Assembly: GCF_009914755.1 (NCBI RefSeq) | Contig: NC_060937.1 | Direction: 5' to 3' (one strand) | Length of the DNA: 64,000 nt | Source: the human T2T-CHM13v2.0 reference genome, Homo sapiens | In this document: one piece after another, positions 39,290 to 53,250 of the stretch | Layout of the letters: every line of letters starts with the position of its first letter | Numbering within the stretch: position 1 is the first letter of the stretch | Translations under genes and position numbers: made by a program | Notes under the pieces: model-generated | Told to the model about the DNA's origin: nothing | The model's input: the letters and a program-made list of their open reading frames with translations, nothing else | The model's database searches: none

Positions 39290-40262
39290 AGCATATAGAG
39301 GCAGATATAAATTACTTCTGCCTGCCCAGCATCCTTTCCCTTTTTTTTTTTTTTTTTTTTTTTTGTTAACAGCAATATAGTTTCCTTTTCTGAAACTACC
39401 TCTTTCCCACTTCTCAGTCCATATATTTCAGGAAAAGTTAACCAACTCCTTCCAACTCCAGAAGTGGGCATGTCACCACAGCCTGACCAATCAGAACACC
39501 TCACTCGCCAGGCCATAGTGAAGGGCTCATGCAAGGGAATGTCGCTGACAGAAAGTGTTCTCCAGCATAGGACATACCGTAGAGCTATCAGATGGAAGGA
39601 TGGACAGAGGGAAGGAAGGAGGGAAGAGGGAAGGGGGAGGGGGGAAGGAAGGAAGGAAGGAAGAAAGGAAGGAAGAAGGGGAGGGGAGGGGAGGGGAAGG
39701 GAGGGAAGGAGGGGAGGAGAAGGGAAGGGAGGGAAGGAGGGAAGGAGGGAAGGAGGGAAGGAAGGAAGGAAGAAAGAAGGGGAGGGGAAGGGAGGGAAGG
39801 GGAGGGGGAAAGGGGGAAGGAAGGAAGAAAGAAGGGGAGGAGAGGGGAAGGGAGGGAAGGAGGGGAGGGGAGGAGAAGGGAGGGAAGGAGGGGAGGGGAA
39901 GGGAGGAGAGTGGAGGGGAAGGGAGGAGAGTGGAGGGGAAGGGAGGGGAGGGGGGAGGCAGGGAAGGGAGAAGGGGAGGAGAAAGGAAGGAGGGGAGAGG
40001 GGAGGGGGAGGGGAGGGAGGACCAAAGAAAGAAAAAAACCAAAGGAAGGAAAGTCTTTACTTTGTGGCTACTAAACCAGCTGAATAAAAGCCTGCAGTCT
40101 TGGTAGCCATCTTTGTGTTTGAGAGAGAAAGTGATTCTTGATGACACTGGCTGACTCACCCCTGAACTCCATGTCTTCCTCCAAAATATCTCACTTATGA
40201 GAGCCAGTAAATATGCCCTTCTATTTAAATTAACTTGCAACTGAAAGAGTGCTGAACAATTC
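39290..40262 (+). mobile_element. MLT1K-like LTR split by a polypurine tract
   Basis: 5' part gcctgcccagcatcc...gggcatgtcacc...ccaatcagaa (39290-39540); 3' part gtagccatctttg...gagccagtaaat...acttgcaactgaaagagt (40060-40262). Confidence 0.6.
39606..40021. repeat. GA-rich polypurine low-complexity tract (GGAA/GGGA-type)
   Basis: 416 nt with only 3 pyrimidines (39911, 39931, 39959). Confidence 0.97.
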
Positions 40263-40544
40263 AGATATCAATCTTGGGATTCCCAGAGCTACGGTGAGGC
40301 TCAATTAAGAGGTTCACAGTGTTCATGCTGAGTCTACATTCAACAGAAAACCACCGTAGGAAGACATTAATGGATGACTGTACATTGACAAGCACTAGCA
40401 GGACCTGACCATTGACCCATGTGAGCTGTGCACCAGGAAGGCCCCAGAGACTTCAAGTAATTTCTTCCACCTGCTGCCTGCTACCTGAAATGCCATCATG
40501 GAGCATCTGTGATGTTGGTAGGGGGTAGAGGGCAGGTGTGGAGG

Positions 40545-40665
40545 GTGTTGCAGAGACTTTTGAGAATCTGAGGAAAGCTATCAATCCTCTTTGTAAATAA
40601 GCAAAAAGATTTGCATGCAATTTCAGTGGTTTATACACTCCCTGAAGCCCCAGAGGGACTCTTTC
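40545..40665. mobile_element. hAT-Charlie MITE remnant (MER103-like)
   Basis: tttgagaatctgaggaaagctat...tttgcatgcaatttcagtggttt. Confidence 0.45.
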
Positions 40666-41268
40666 CTCAAAGTGTCTCAGGGCTCCATCCCCTTGCTTTA
40701 GGTAGAGAAGAATTGCTGAACTTGTCAACATGAAAGATCCCAATCTCTCAGAGGACTTCAGGTGGAAAGGAAGGCAGATCACCACTGGCACAAAAAGGGA
40801 AAGGGGAGTGGCACCATTCCCCACAGAACTCTGGCACTCACACAAACAGTGGGAATGGATCATGCTGCCCCACCCCTGCATGTCCTTTTTGGAGTATTGG
40901 AGTATTTTAACTCATAGGAATGGGGAGCCAGCCTAGCTAGAACCCCTCCTTTGTCAGATTTGGAATTAACCCTATGGCATGAGATTTTGATTCCTGTTAA
41001 AAGAGCTCCCTGTAGAGAGAACACTTCAAACTCCTATCAGTCATTCCTACCCGATTCCAGATACTGTATTTTAATAAGGAAAGTTAGGGACGTTTTAATA
41101 AAAGTAGAAGGAAGAGTTATGACAACAGATGTCCACTGCAGTCTGGCTTTGTCTGGGCCCGCATGGTGGAAGAACTAGTTTTTTTAAAATAGCAATTGAT
41201 TCTAACCTCTGAAACATTTAGCAAATTATTGTTGTAAGTGGTTTTGCTCTTCCCAGTTGCAGGAAGTT

Positions 41269-41272
<4 letters not shown>

Positions 41273-41306
<34 letters not shown>
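41273..41306. repeat. Poly(A)34
   Basis: Seen directly; no SINE body adjacent. Confidence 0.95.
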
Positions 41307-41307
<1 letters not shown>

Positions 41308-42912
41308 CCAAGGCTTCCCAACCAGGAACTATGAAGTTGATAGTTTGCTTTATATTTAACAGCAAAGTTAAAGGTTAATGGTTTGACAAGTCCTTACCCA
41401 TTTATCATCTCAAACTTAAAAAGTTGCATGAAAACTGGCCTCTCCCGCTGAAACCTAAATGTTCCATCCCAGCTCCTGGCAGGCCTGTGTTTGTGACCCG
41501 GTCCAAGCCTCATGTGTCCTCCTACACATTCCAGGAAGAAGGCAGGGAATGAACGGAGGTGGCCGGCTGCAACTCAGCTCCCAGCCACGGCCGTTCCACC
41601 ACACCAGTCTCGCAGATATTTCTTCTGCCCCAGAAGCTGTCAGATCTAAGGTCCCATGTTAGGAGGGTTCAGATGGATCTCTGAGAAAAACCTATTTTAC
41701 GAGTGAGAGCCTTTTGCCAAGAATAAGAATGGTCCCCTGTTTGCCTGTTTCAATCTCAAAAGCAGATAACAATTTCTGTTTTCCTGACCCCTCCACAGCC
41801 TGGAAAGCTCTTTTATCTTTCTGCCTGTTTGTTTGTTATACTTGGAATCCCAGAGAGGAACCAACATGTTAAACCTTCTCCATAGCAACTGTATTCCTCT
41901 TATTTCAATAGGGCCCAAGTAATCATTACCACCCTTACAGATGCAGCCTGAAATTGGGGCTGGGCCCTCAAGTTCACTTCAAGGGTGTTGGTGCCAGGAG
42001 ATGTGATATTTTCAAATGTTTGCCACCGTAAGTCCTTGGAAAAAGGTAAGAATTTATTTCTTATGAGAGTTTTACAGCTAAAAAATAAAGATTTAAATTA
42101 AGCCACCTCGTTTCATTTTGTTTCCAAAGACCTCTTTCAGAATCAAAGTCACTGGGCTTGGCGTGTTCCATTAGGAAGCTCATTAAAGCCTAAGAAACAT
42201 CTTTGGCAATGGCAAGACACCATTGGCTCGTATGGCAAGGATCTGGATGGCAGGATCTGTGCTTTATGAATGACTACGGACTGGCACAGCCTCAGATGCA
42301 GAGTGTCTGAGCACCACAGTGGAGGACTAGAAAGTGTATGAAGTTGTATTTGATGTCTTCTGTTTTAGCATACTCTCCCACTTCGTGGAATCTGTTGGAA
42401 GCTTCTCTATGTTGTCTGCTCACAGACTCCAGTTTCGTGTTGCCTTCTGGTCACAGTCCTTGCTTCGGTAGCCACCAAAGCCTGTCCATTTCAAAGGGCT
42501 CTTGGGCTCTGAACTGCCTTCCCCGGACGGCAGTTCTAAGACCCTGTGCTGCAAGAACAAGCTCAGTCTGTTAAAAAAGAGTTCCATGCCGTGGAGATGT
42601 CAGGCACCATCTGGCAGGATGCTGTTGCCTCTCCCTAGCAACTGCTCCCACATCCATGTCTCTGGTTACCTTGCCTGCTTCCCTAGTTACCAGAACTTCC
42701 AGTCTCTAGCACACCTCCGATACCACCTCCGTCGGTTTGCAGCTTCCTCCCAGAACCTCTTGAAAGCGGGTCCCGGTGATTCTGCCTCCAGGATCACAGA
42801 CTGACTCTCAGCACCAACCAAACCCACAGTTTCACTCCTGTCAAGCCCACAGTATCTATGAGTCAAAACCGCCAGCACTTTAATTCAGTGTTAAACAATC
42901 TAATCGATCAAC

Positions 42913-43088
42913 CAGTGAATCTCAATCGTGGATGTACATTTGAATCACCTGCAAGCCTTTAAAAAGACTAACCCCCGCGCCGGGCACCAGCCCCAGATAT
43001 TCTGATTTAATTGGTCTGAGGTAGAGCAGTATTTTTTTTTTACACTCCAAAGGTGGTTTAAAGGCGCAGTCAGGGTTATGAATCATTG
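42913..43088. mobile_element. MER5A/B (hAT-Charlie MITE)
   Basis: catttgaatcacctg...ccccagatattctgatttaattggtctgagg...gcagtcagggttatgaatcattg. Confidence 0.75.
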
Positions 43089-43519
43089 ATCTAATCCAAG
43101 AAATGCAGTGCTGCACCCCCTTTCATATGCCAAAAAAAAATTCTCACCCAATAATGACTGGACAGACACAAATACTAAAGAAGTGACCCCCATCTAATTT
43201 AAACAAGTAATTTCTCCAGATTTTTAAAGTTGTGTCATTTTGATAAAATATAATTTATAACGATATTTTATGAAAGCCAACCCAATTTTTTTTCTTCCAG
43301 GACAGCTCTGTGGACCTGCATCACTACCTACTGAACATAGACTTTGTCCATGTGACTCGCTGGTTGAATATTATGCACCTTTTAAAACTATAACTCTTCA
43401 ATGCCTCCAAAGTGCTGTGTAAAACCTTGAAATAGTCAGTTATATAACAAGAATGTCACTAACCATGTTTTCCAATCAGATCTTCACCGTTTTTCTCATA
43501 GTCCTCCATCTCTTCCTAT

Positions 43520-43658
43520 TCAAGGTGAGGTCCTGGCGCTAGCAACATCTTAGACATCCAGAATATATGGCCCCAGTCCAGACCAACTAAATTGAAATCT
43601 GCATTTTTAACCAGGTCCAAAGAGAACCCACGGCTGCATTCAAGTTTGAGAAGCAGTA
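43520..43658. mobile_element. MER5A-like MITE
   Basis: ccagaccaactaaattgaaatctgcatttttaac...aagtttgagaagcagt. Confidence 0.7.
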
Positions 43659-44669
43659 CCCAGTAAACTGCTTTTACGAATCTTACTGTTAGAATAACCT
43701 CTTTAAAGGCTCTCTTTTTGTGGCCTTAGCCCTTATTTTCCACTGAATTTCTCTCTGTGGATGCCCTGCTCCCACAAAACAGGTCCACCTCCAGCTTCTA
43801 GGCTTGGGCTCTCCTCGACACGCTTGCCCACCTTCTGCAAAGCTCTCTCCCGTCCTCTCTGCCTGAAGGCAGCATTCTCATTTCTCAAAATCCCAACAGA
43901 GCCTCTCCTCTCCAAAACCTCCCTAGATCTCTCCAGCCCACAGTGGTCTTGCCTGCTTATAATTTTATAGCGCTTATCCGTACATTTGTCAAAATGATGG
44001 CTGTTTGTGTTTTATTGTTTAGCCCTTATTTTGCCCTTAACTTTTCAAATACTTACGCCTTCTCTCTTCCACTTATCCATCGTTTACCTACCTTTGTACC
44101 TGCCATGGAGCTTTGCACATAATAGACTCAACAAACATTTGGTGTTTGGTTTTGACTCAGATCTCTGATGGCAAACTATACAACACATAAAACCTATAAA
44201 TCTGTATCTAGATACCAGTAAAAAATTTACAACCTCTAAGCTAGCTGGTATTAAAGCTTCCAATATGCTAGACACATGAGTTGGAAAGTAATATACTGTA
44301 TAAATAGATACTGGGCTATTTTAGATAACTAGAGAAAATAATTATCAAAAATGAAAGCAAGACAACATAATATCAGGTATCAACTAACAGTGTAAGTAGA
44401 AACATTTCATATCATCGTTACTTAGGACAGCTAATCAAATAGAAACCCCTTAACTACTAACTGCCACTGGCCAAAGTGCATTAGCAGCCAACCCCAGGCC
44501 TGTGACGTCCAAAGAAAGTCATATAGGCCTCCTGACTAGGATTGTCTCTATTAGGGTATGGGCAGTCCCAGAACTCATTCCATTCCACTCCTGGATAGAA
44601 TGACCCCATGTATTGCAACAGGAATATTCATGGGTGTTTTTTCTAACTCCTTTCTTATTTTTTTCATAG

Positions 44670-45240
44670 AGCTCATATTTATTGAGAATTAACTATGTAT
44701 CCTGTAGTAAGCCTTGAAAATATGAAAATGAGTAAGACACTGTCTTTGCCTCCGTAGGAGGAGACCTAAGCAGGTTATTTGAATGCAATGCAATGAATAT
44801 ACAGTACTACAGTGCTGTTCTTTAATTAATACAGTACTAGAGTACTGTTCTTTAATTGATACAGTACTAGAGTACCATGTAATACACACGGTATTGATGG
44901 AAAATAAGCAAGAGCTGCCTAACACAACCTGAGGCAATCAAGGAGACCCCTGTGGAGGTGGTGATGCCTACACTGAGCCTTAGAGTTGGCAAAGAAGTTA
45001 GCCAAGTGAAAGGTGAAGAATCAATACTCCAGCTTGAGGGAAGCATGCAAAGAAAGGGGCGAAGTAACTGAAATCACGGTATATGGAAGGAACCTGTGAT
45101 AACTCCACATTGTAGGAGGTAGGACGTGATGAGGTTTCTTCCACAGGGGTGACTGCTTGCTAGTTGATAAGCTTAGATGCAAAAGACCTTGGACTTTATC
45201 CTAAAGGCAAATGGAGAATGTCTAGGCTTGAAAGATTTAA
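44670..45240 (-). mobile_element. L2 remnant
   Basis: catatttattgag...gagtaagacactgtctttgcc; tggactttatcctaaaggcaa. Confidence 0.55.
44799..44875. repeat. 30-bp minisatellite, ~2.6 copies
   Basis: Unit atacagtactagagtactgttctttaatt(a/g). Confidence 0.9.
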
Positions 45241-46328
45241 TGCAGTTTCCAAGATCTGATATGCAAAGTTAAGAACAACTTAGATTCTACACAAACCAGA
45301 ACATTAAATGCCATAAAATTGTAGTCAACATAGCTATGTATACACTGATTCAAACATTCCATGGGTCATGTCTACAGCCGGGTGTTAGAAGAAATGATCT
45401 CTGAGATAAATCCAGCCAAGATTCTATTTTCTGATTCCAAACGCCCAACAAAACTGTCGACCTGGATCCGTCCTTTTGAAAGCAATGAAGCATACCACAG
45501 GACAAATAGCACAGTGTTACCAACGTATAATCGTAAAATGAAAAGAGCATTTAAAGGGCTGTGGAATCAAAGGCCAGTGGCGGACATGGGCCTCATTCTC
45601 ACTCGTCCAACTTCTCTTTCCAGCAAACCATACCTTTTCTGCAATTGTAGCTCATCATGTCAGGCAAGTTTATGTGTTGATAATGTCTTTATTCATTATA
45701 TTTTAATTTAAAATATTTAACATATTTTTAAATTTGCAAACAGCCAGTTCAGTTATTTGCTTTATACTTGTATACTTGCTTTATGCACACTCACATACTC
45801 ACACAGATTTTTATTCAATTTTGATAGATTAAAGCTGGTTGGTTTGAATATTGGCATTTTCTGAAATTTTATCTCAGTATAAAAACTAAATTATTTAGTC
45901 TAGATGTTCAAAACCATTAACACAGAAGAAAAACACTAGCAGGAAGTAATTCTGTTTGGTTCAGGTAGGTGACAAAATAAATTATACCTAAAGTTATATA
46001 TAGCTGGAATAATTCAACTGTCTGCCTTTTGAGTTAGTGAACCATGCATGCTGCTTTACCTAATGGCTTCTAATCTGTACTGGACTTGGACTTTTCAAGA
46101 TGAATGAAACTGATTAAGGCAACTCTCTCCTGCCAACTTCACCATATTTGGATGCAGCGTCTCATCCTTCCATCTCACCTGTCCAGGTATGATTTGCCTA
46201 GCAGTGATATTATTTGTTAGAGACAGGACAAATAAATGTCCATATTTATGTTATTTCTAGTTTTTGCAGGACTTTATAATTAATCATTAGGAAAAATCAT
46301 AATGATGATAAAACTTAGAAAAATGCTA

Positions 46329-47012
<684 letters not shown>

Positions 47013-47277
47013 CTAATGTACAGCATGAAGACTATAGTTAATAGTTGTGTATTGTAGTCAAGATCTTTGCTAAATGAGTAAACTATAGCTGCTCTTGCCA
47101 CAGGGGGAAAATGTGGGTAACTATGTGAGTTGGGGGAGATGTTAGTTAATTTATTCCACTATAGTAGCCATTTTACTATATATATGTATCTTATAACATC
47201 GTATTGTATACCTTCCATATACATAATAAAATATATTTTATAAATAAATAAATGTATATATTGTGATTTGGTTGCCC

Positions 47278-47295
47278 AGAAAAGAAAGAAAGAAA

Positions 47296-47356
<61 letters not shown>

Positions 47357-47388
47357 AAAAGAAAGAAAGAAAGAAAGAAAAAGAAACA
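47278..47388. repeat. (GAAA)n microsatellite
   Basis: Seen directly. Confidence 0.97.
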
Positions 47389-47409
47389 GAAGAAGTTGCA
47401 GAGCAAAAT

Positions 47410-47960
47410 AATGAGGAGACTGGGCCAGACTGCAAGGTGAAACTCCTGGTCTCCCCACTTGCTAGTGAGATGACTTTGGATAGGTGATTTAATCATTGAA
47501 AAGTCTCTGCCAGATGCAGTGGCTCACGCATGTCATCCCAGCATTTTGGGAGGCCGAGGTGGGCAGATCACTTGGGGCCAGAAGTTCGAGACCAGCCTAG
47601 TCAAAATGCCAACATGCCCGTCTCTATTAAAAATACAAAAATTAGCCATTCGTAGTGGCACATGCCCATAATACCAGCTACCTGGCAGGCTGAGGTGGGA
47701 GAATTGCTTGAACCCAGAAGGCGGAGGTTGCAATGAGCCAAGATTGTGCGCACTCCAACCTGGGCGACGGAGAGAGACTCCATCTAAAAAAAAAAAAGAA
47801 AGAAAAAGAAAAGTCTCAGCTGCCCAATGTGTAAAATGGGAATAATAATAGTAGTTCCTATCTCATAATGTAAGGTTGATAAGATTATTTTAAGTAATTT
47901 ATATGCAGCATGTAAATCAGAGTTGGGCACATAGGAAACCATATGTGCTAGCATTTTTAA
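47410..47960 (+). mobile_element. MIR split by an Alu
   Basis: gccagactgc...ccacttgctagtgagatgactttgg before the Alu; tctcag...tgtaaaatgggaataataatagt after it. Confidence 0.75.
47508..47807 (+). mobile_element. AluS
   Basis: Full dimer; TSD gaaaagtctc at 47498-47507 and 47808-47817. Confidence 0.93.
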
Positions 47961-48058
47961 TATCATTATCATCATTATTATAAGGCACCATGATAATAAT
48001 TAAGTCTATTAATTCCAGTAATTCTCAAGGAATAATTTCATGGAATCACAGAGTAGTT

Positions 48059-48119
48059 CATACACACACACACACACACACACCCACACACAAAAAAACA
48101 CACATACACACACACACAC
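48059..48119. repeat. Interrupted (CA)n
   Basis: Seen directly. Confidence 0.9.
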
Positions 48120-48264
48120 CCTCCTTTTCCAGCACTTCTGGGAATGTTTGATGTTTGAAATATAGAGGGAAGGGGAAGCTTCCCAAGAGATTATATTACA
48201 AGGGTTAGTTATCAGAAAAGAATGCTGTGGCAAACTCTGTTGCTTGAATGATCCGACCCCACTT

Positions 48265-48553
48265 CCAGCCTCTTCCCTAGTTCCCCTTCCAGCTAGGAAT
48301 GGCAAGTGACACAGTTCAGCCAGAAAAGACATCTCTCTTCCTCCTGCAGAAATGATGCCTGGGCTGTGAGACCATTCCTGTGGCCATGAAGGAAACCTCC
48401 AAAGAATCAGAGACCTTGGTGCTAGCATTGCTGAGTCCCTGAATCAGTGCCAACAACAACCCACCTACATATTTTGCATCCTCTATGAAAAACAACCCCC
48501 TTTGAATTCAGGTTTTCTAACACATACAGCCAAAAGCCTACCTGGCTGATACA
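48265..48553 (+). mobile_element. MLT1L/K-like LTR remnant
   Basis: cagctaggaatggcaagtgacacagttc...gcattgctgagtccctgaatcagtgcc...ctggctgataca. Confidence 0.55.
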
Positions 48554-50189
48554 TTTATAGACTACATTGCTGTTGAGACTGCCCGAGAGACACCTGTCTG
48601 CAGAGCTCATGTTTACCCATTATCACTTGTGCCTGCTTTCTTTTCCCAGGGTATAACGAGTTCCTTGGTGTGCTCCTGTTGCTATTTTCAGTCTTCCACC
48701 TCTCCTTGCATAAGTCAAAACTTGGGAATATCCAGGCAGCCTTTCCTTCCAGCTCTTCCCCATACCTTCTGCTTGCTCCCAAGTGCTAATCTCACTTCCA
48801 GCTATTTATGCTGCAGGCTCTTCATTTCTTGCCTTCCAAGCAGCCACATTCTGGGTGATACAGAACCAGGGTACCTGTTACTGGTGCTACTAAATACCCC
48901 AACACAAACATCACAAGATTCCTTTTCAGTGTCACCAGGAGTAGGGACATTCATCTTCCCATTAAAGACAAATTAACCACTTGCCTGTCTCTACCTTGTC
49001 AGTTTTACTACCTTAGTCTCCACCGGTTCTCAAAAAGCCCTCCTGCCCACTCAGTCCTTCATCCCTGCCTGCTCTCTATTGAAGTCTGTTCCGCTCCATA
49101 CCCAACAACACTGGTAAAGGCTGCGCCATCTTTGAATAGTGTTTCCATTTATTATTTTGTGTTATTGTTATTTAGACAATCAAATCGTTCACTTAAATGA
49201 ATACATTATGAACATATTTTAAATTGCCTATGGACTTATTTAAGATAACAATTCCTCAGATCTAAAATTATTTACCCATTTTTGTTAAAAAAGGAAAAAT
49301 TGGGGCTTGAATTAGGTGATTGATAATTTTATTTTTCTTCATAAAATTAGCCCATATTCTGAAAATGTTTAATATCATATAAAAAATTATAGTCATATGG
49401 GTTAAACCATAATGTCAGTAAAACAGCATCTACATTAGTCTGGGGGAAAAAAACTATATTCTGCCACCAGCAGAAAGATGAATTTTGTTGGCCTTTGAAA
49501 GTCAGAGGATTAACTAGTGTTTGGGGGGAAATGTTTTAAAAGATACAGAACCTGTCTTATTTTCTGCTTCATGAACTAGTAACACAAACACTGGAGAGGC
49601 TGTGATGGGTGTGTTCCAGCTGTCTGCTAACAGATGAGGTTTTTGAGGTTGTGAGCCAAAGGAACAGCAAACACCATTCTGTGTTTAATAAGCCTTATAC
49701 TCTCCAGTATTGAGATTACCCGTGACAGAGTTAAAACTTGGTGGGGAAAAAAAAAAAGTTATTCCAAGCCACTGGCACAACATAAGATCCTGCCATTGTA
49801 AAGGAATCACATGGATTGTGAAGGAAGCAATTGTGAAAGACAGCATTTTTCTTTAAAAAAAAAAAAAAAAAAAAAACTTCACTGGAATTTCCAAGTAGGA
49901 GGGGCTCGAGCTGAAAAAGTTTAAATTTCAAATCATCCAAATTACTATTTGAAAATTATTTAGGCCACAGGGAGCAAAATGCAACATTTTAATTTGTTTT
50001 CTAGCAAAACATCCATATATGAATCCAGGTAAATCAGAAACTCTTCCCAGATAAGAAAAATTTTAAATAATCATAAGAATAAAAACAAGTCATTTGCAGA
50101 CACAGCTCAATAATGTACCAAGAATGGTGCAATCACATACATAATTCAAGCATAATGTAATCTTTAAAATACATATTTCTAAAATAAAG

Positions 50190-50395
50190 AGCAGACAGCT
50201 TGGGTGTGGATTCTGGCTCTTACTGTGTTAATTTGGCGAGTAACTTAACATCTCTGTGCCTCAGTATCCACATCTACAAGATGCAGAAAATAGCTAACTT
50301 GTAGGGTTGTTAAAATAAGAGTGAAATGAGTTGGAATTGTACAGTGCTTAGAACACTGCCAGGTACATAATAAGGGATATATAAGTATAACTAAC
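50190..50395 (+). mobile_element. MIR
   Basis: aacttaacatctctgtgcctcagtatccacatctacaagatg...gtgcttagaacactgccaggtacataataag. Confidence 0.8.
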
Positions 50396-52156
50396 AAATA
50401 ATAATAGCTGAGAAGCTTACATGAGGGGATAAATTTGGACTAATCAGTCAGTGGGAGAAGCCATAGAAGCCTCCAGGCTTACCTCTTACCTCATACAAGA
50501 GGAAGCCCCTAAGAAACCTCTTGACACACAGTAAGAAGGGGAAACTGCCTCCCTGTAATTCCTACCTTGAACCCTAAGTCTGAAACAATAACAAATAAAT
50601 CCAAGTCTGCTTCTATGTGGCAAATCACCACATATTATATGGAACCTTCATTTCCTTCTCTTCTCTAAGCCAAGCATCCTCTAATCAACCTCTATTCACA
50701 ACACCTGCCTCTATAGGCACAGAGTTTGTCAGGTCTGCCATTAAGGATGGGCAGAAAGTACCCAATGTGGTCTATGAAGCATCTGAGGCTCTCATTGTGG
50801 ACCCTTGACTTCTATTAACTGAGGCTCAAATCGGATTCCCATGTTTTGACATCCAGGTCACCCAATCACCTTCTACCTAGCCTACAGTGAACAAAACTGC
50901 CCTCTTGATCTACTACAACCACAGCACTCAGCTTCATACTCACATAGACATTTTAAAGCTTAAACTCAAAAATGTGTATTTATCCCTATTAACTAGTCCC
51001 ACTTGATTATTAATCAGAATAAATGTGCATGTACAATCTGATTTAGTAGTACACCAAATCAGATTTTAAATGTCCTAGAGGAAATCGTTTTTTTAAAGAA
51101 ATTGTATGATGAAAATTTTGTAAAACAAATAAATATCTTCCAATTGATTTTTTATGTAAATCTTTTAATATATTAAATTTGCCTAAAGCAGGATACAAAT
51201 ATATTAAGTTTTGGATTATACCATATTATGTTATTACAACAGATCTGCCTTCCTGTATTTTGATTAGGCTAATACTAAAATTAGTTTATTTTCCCTGAAT
51301 GTACTGAAACAAAAATATTTGCATACATAAGAGAGTCAAGAGGCCATGACATGACCAAAAAAACTGCCTAGGTCTAAAATTTTCATAAAGTGCAATCCTC
51401 GCAGAGCAAACCAAAAGTTAATTCTTTGGTTTAAAAGTCCCCTCTTATCCCTTTTATATAAGTGAAATTATGTAACCAAAAAATTATAACTAATAAGAAA
51501 TATGAGTGTTTCATGTTTATTCCGTTTCCATTGAATTTGATTCCACAATTGGATCACACTCTTCAAGAGCTCTCTCTATCAGGTAAGGGCTTGGGCAATG
51601 CCTTTTACAGGCTGACTCCAAATTACCTCTCTTGCCTCACCTCTGATAACACCCTACCACTATCACCCACTGAGTTTCACCAACCCCACCCACCTACACT
51701 CACAGCACTACCTATTTCTCCAAACTGATACTGATGGAGGAGGAGGTTGATAAGGTCTCAGATCAGTCCATGATAGGAAAACCAATATCTAGCATGCCTG
51801 GGTGAACCTTGGGAACCAGAACTGAGCTGTGCCCTTCCCTGGGGCTAACCCTACCCTACTGCTGAGCACACTATGCTTGGCCTTCTAACTCTGTATCTGA
51901 CTGAACTTTCCCCTTCTCTTATGGGGGTTGGAGCTCTTCCTTAAACCCAGACACTTAACTGGTGCCCCAAATAACTTTTCCAGCCCATTACCCTGTTATT
52001 CAGTAACTTCCTGGGATCCTGCCATAAACCAAAAAGACCTCTAAGCACTGTCATGCCAGCTCCCACCAGACTTTCAGTATCAGCACTCCTGCCCAAGGAT
52101 CTCCCACCAGATTGGAGACTGGGCCAAAATTTACCATACATGTATTAACAACACAA

Positions 52157-52314
52157 TTTTTTTTGGTGGCAGGGAGACAGGGTCTCACTCTGATGCCCAG
52201 GCTTGAAAGCAATGGCATGAGCTCAATGTAACCTCAATCTCCTGGGTATAAGTGATCCTCCTGCCTTACCTCCCAAAGTGGTGGGATTACAAGCATGAGC
52301 CACCACACCTGGCC
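52157..52314 (-). mobile_element. Alu monomer (FRAM/FLAM-type)
   Basis: Single-arm Alu-like sequence; TSD taaca(ac/tt)acaattt. Confidence 0.85.
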
Positions 52315-52399
52315 TAACATTACAATTTGAACTGCTAATACAAGGTAATTTGAAGAAGGAATGTGCAAACTCGTGCATAAAGAAAGCCTCAGCTTCTTT

Positions 52400-53250
52400 T
52401 TCTAGGGCATCTAGGAGTCTCAAATAAATGAAATATATTCTATGTTCCTGGGTGAGAATATTCAAAATGTGATCATTTCAATCCTTTCCAAGTTACTGGT
52501 GGTTTGTAGATTTAATTTTGACAAATAAACTCATCAAAACTATCTCAAAATTTATGTAGAAGCAAAATGAGTGTGGATGGCTAAGGAAGTTTACGAAAAG
52601 AAGAGTTTTAGAAGAATTTGCTCAATTAGATTTGAAAATCATACTATAAAACCACAACATTTAAATCAATGTTGTATTTGCTTGTGAATGCCAAGCATAT
52701 CAACAGTGTGGGAAAAGACCCTAAAAGAGTTTCTAGTATATGTAAGGATTTACCATATGGTGTATGAGGTGTCAGAAATTAATAGGAAATAAAAAAAGAT
52801 TCAACAATTTATACTGGAGAAACTATTAGGGGAAAAATTATTTGAAGCTTTGCTACATACCCTTATGAGATAAATCCTGTATACAGTAATTAAATATGTT
52901 TTTAAAACAAATTACAAAGTAGAAGGGAAGGTACAGAGATTTGTCTTATGGAGGGGATCTTTGAAACTAAAAAACAATGAAAGTAATTACAAAGAAAGAG
53001 GTTGATAAATTTTTTATTAAAATAAGGAGAACTAAAAGACTACCAACTGGAAAAATATCTATAACAACTATGAGACAAATGGTTACTGTCCTTCATATGT
53101 AAACAGCATTTACAAATCTATTAGAATACACAAAGACCATAATACAGTATATTTACAGGCAATTCTTCTTAGAGGAGGAGATAGAGGTAAAAATAAATTT
53201 AAAAATTTCAAGCTTAACTCATAAACAAATACATATTAAAATAACAATGG
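52400..53250 (+). mobile_element. Old L1M ORF2 remnant
   Basis: Degenerate A-rich L1 motifs (aaataaatgaaatatattctatgttcctgg, aaaatttatgtagaagcaaaa, actataaaaccaca). Confidence 0.55.

Noticed and set aside
39464-40240. Five long overlapping ORFs (145-237 aa), G/R/E/K-rich or P/S/L/F-rich
   Set aside because: Artefacts of the polypurine tract, which has almost no way to form stop codons
51035-51065. Inverted repeat aatctgattt-N11-aaatcagatt
   Set aside because: 10-bp AT-rich arms are unremarkable at this scale and there is no other support
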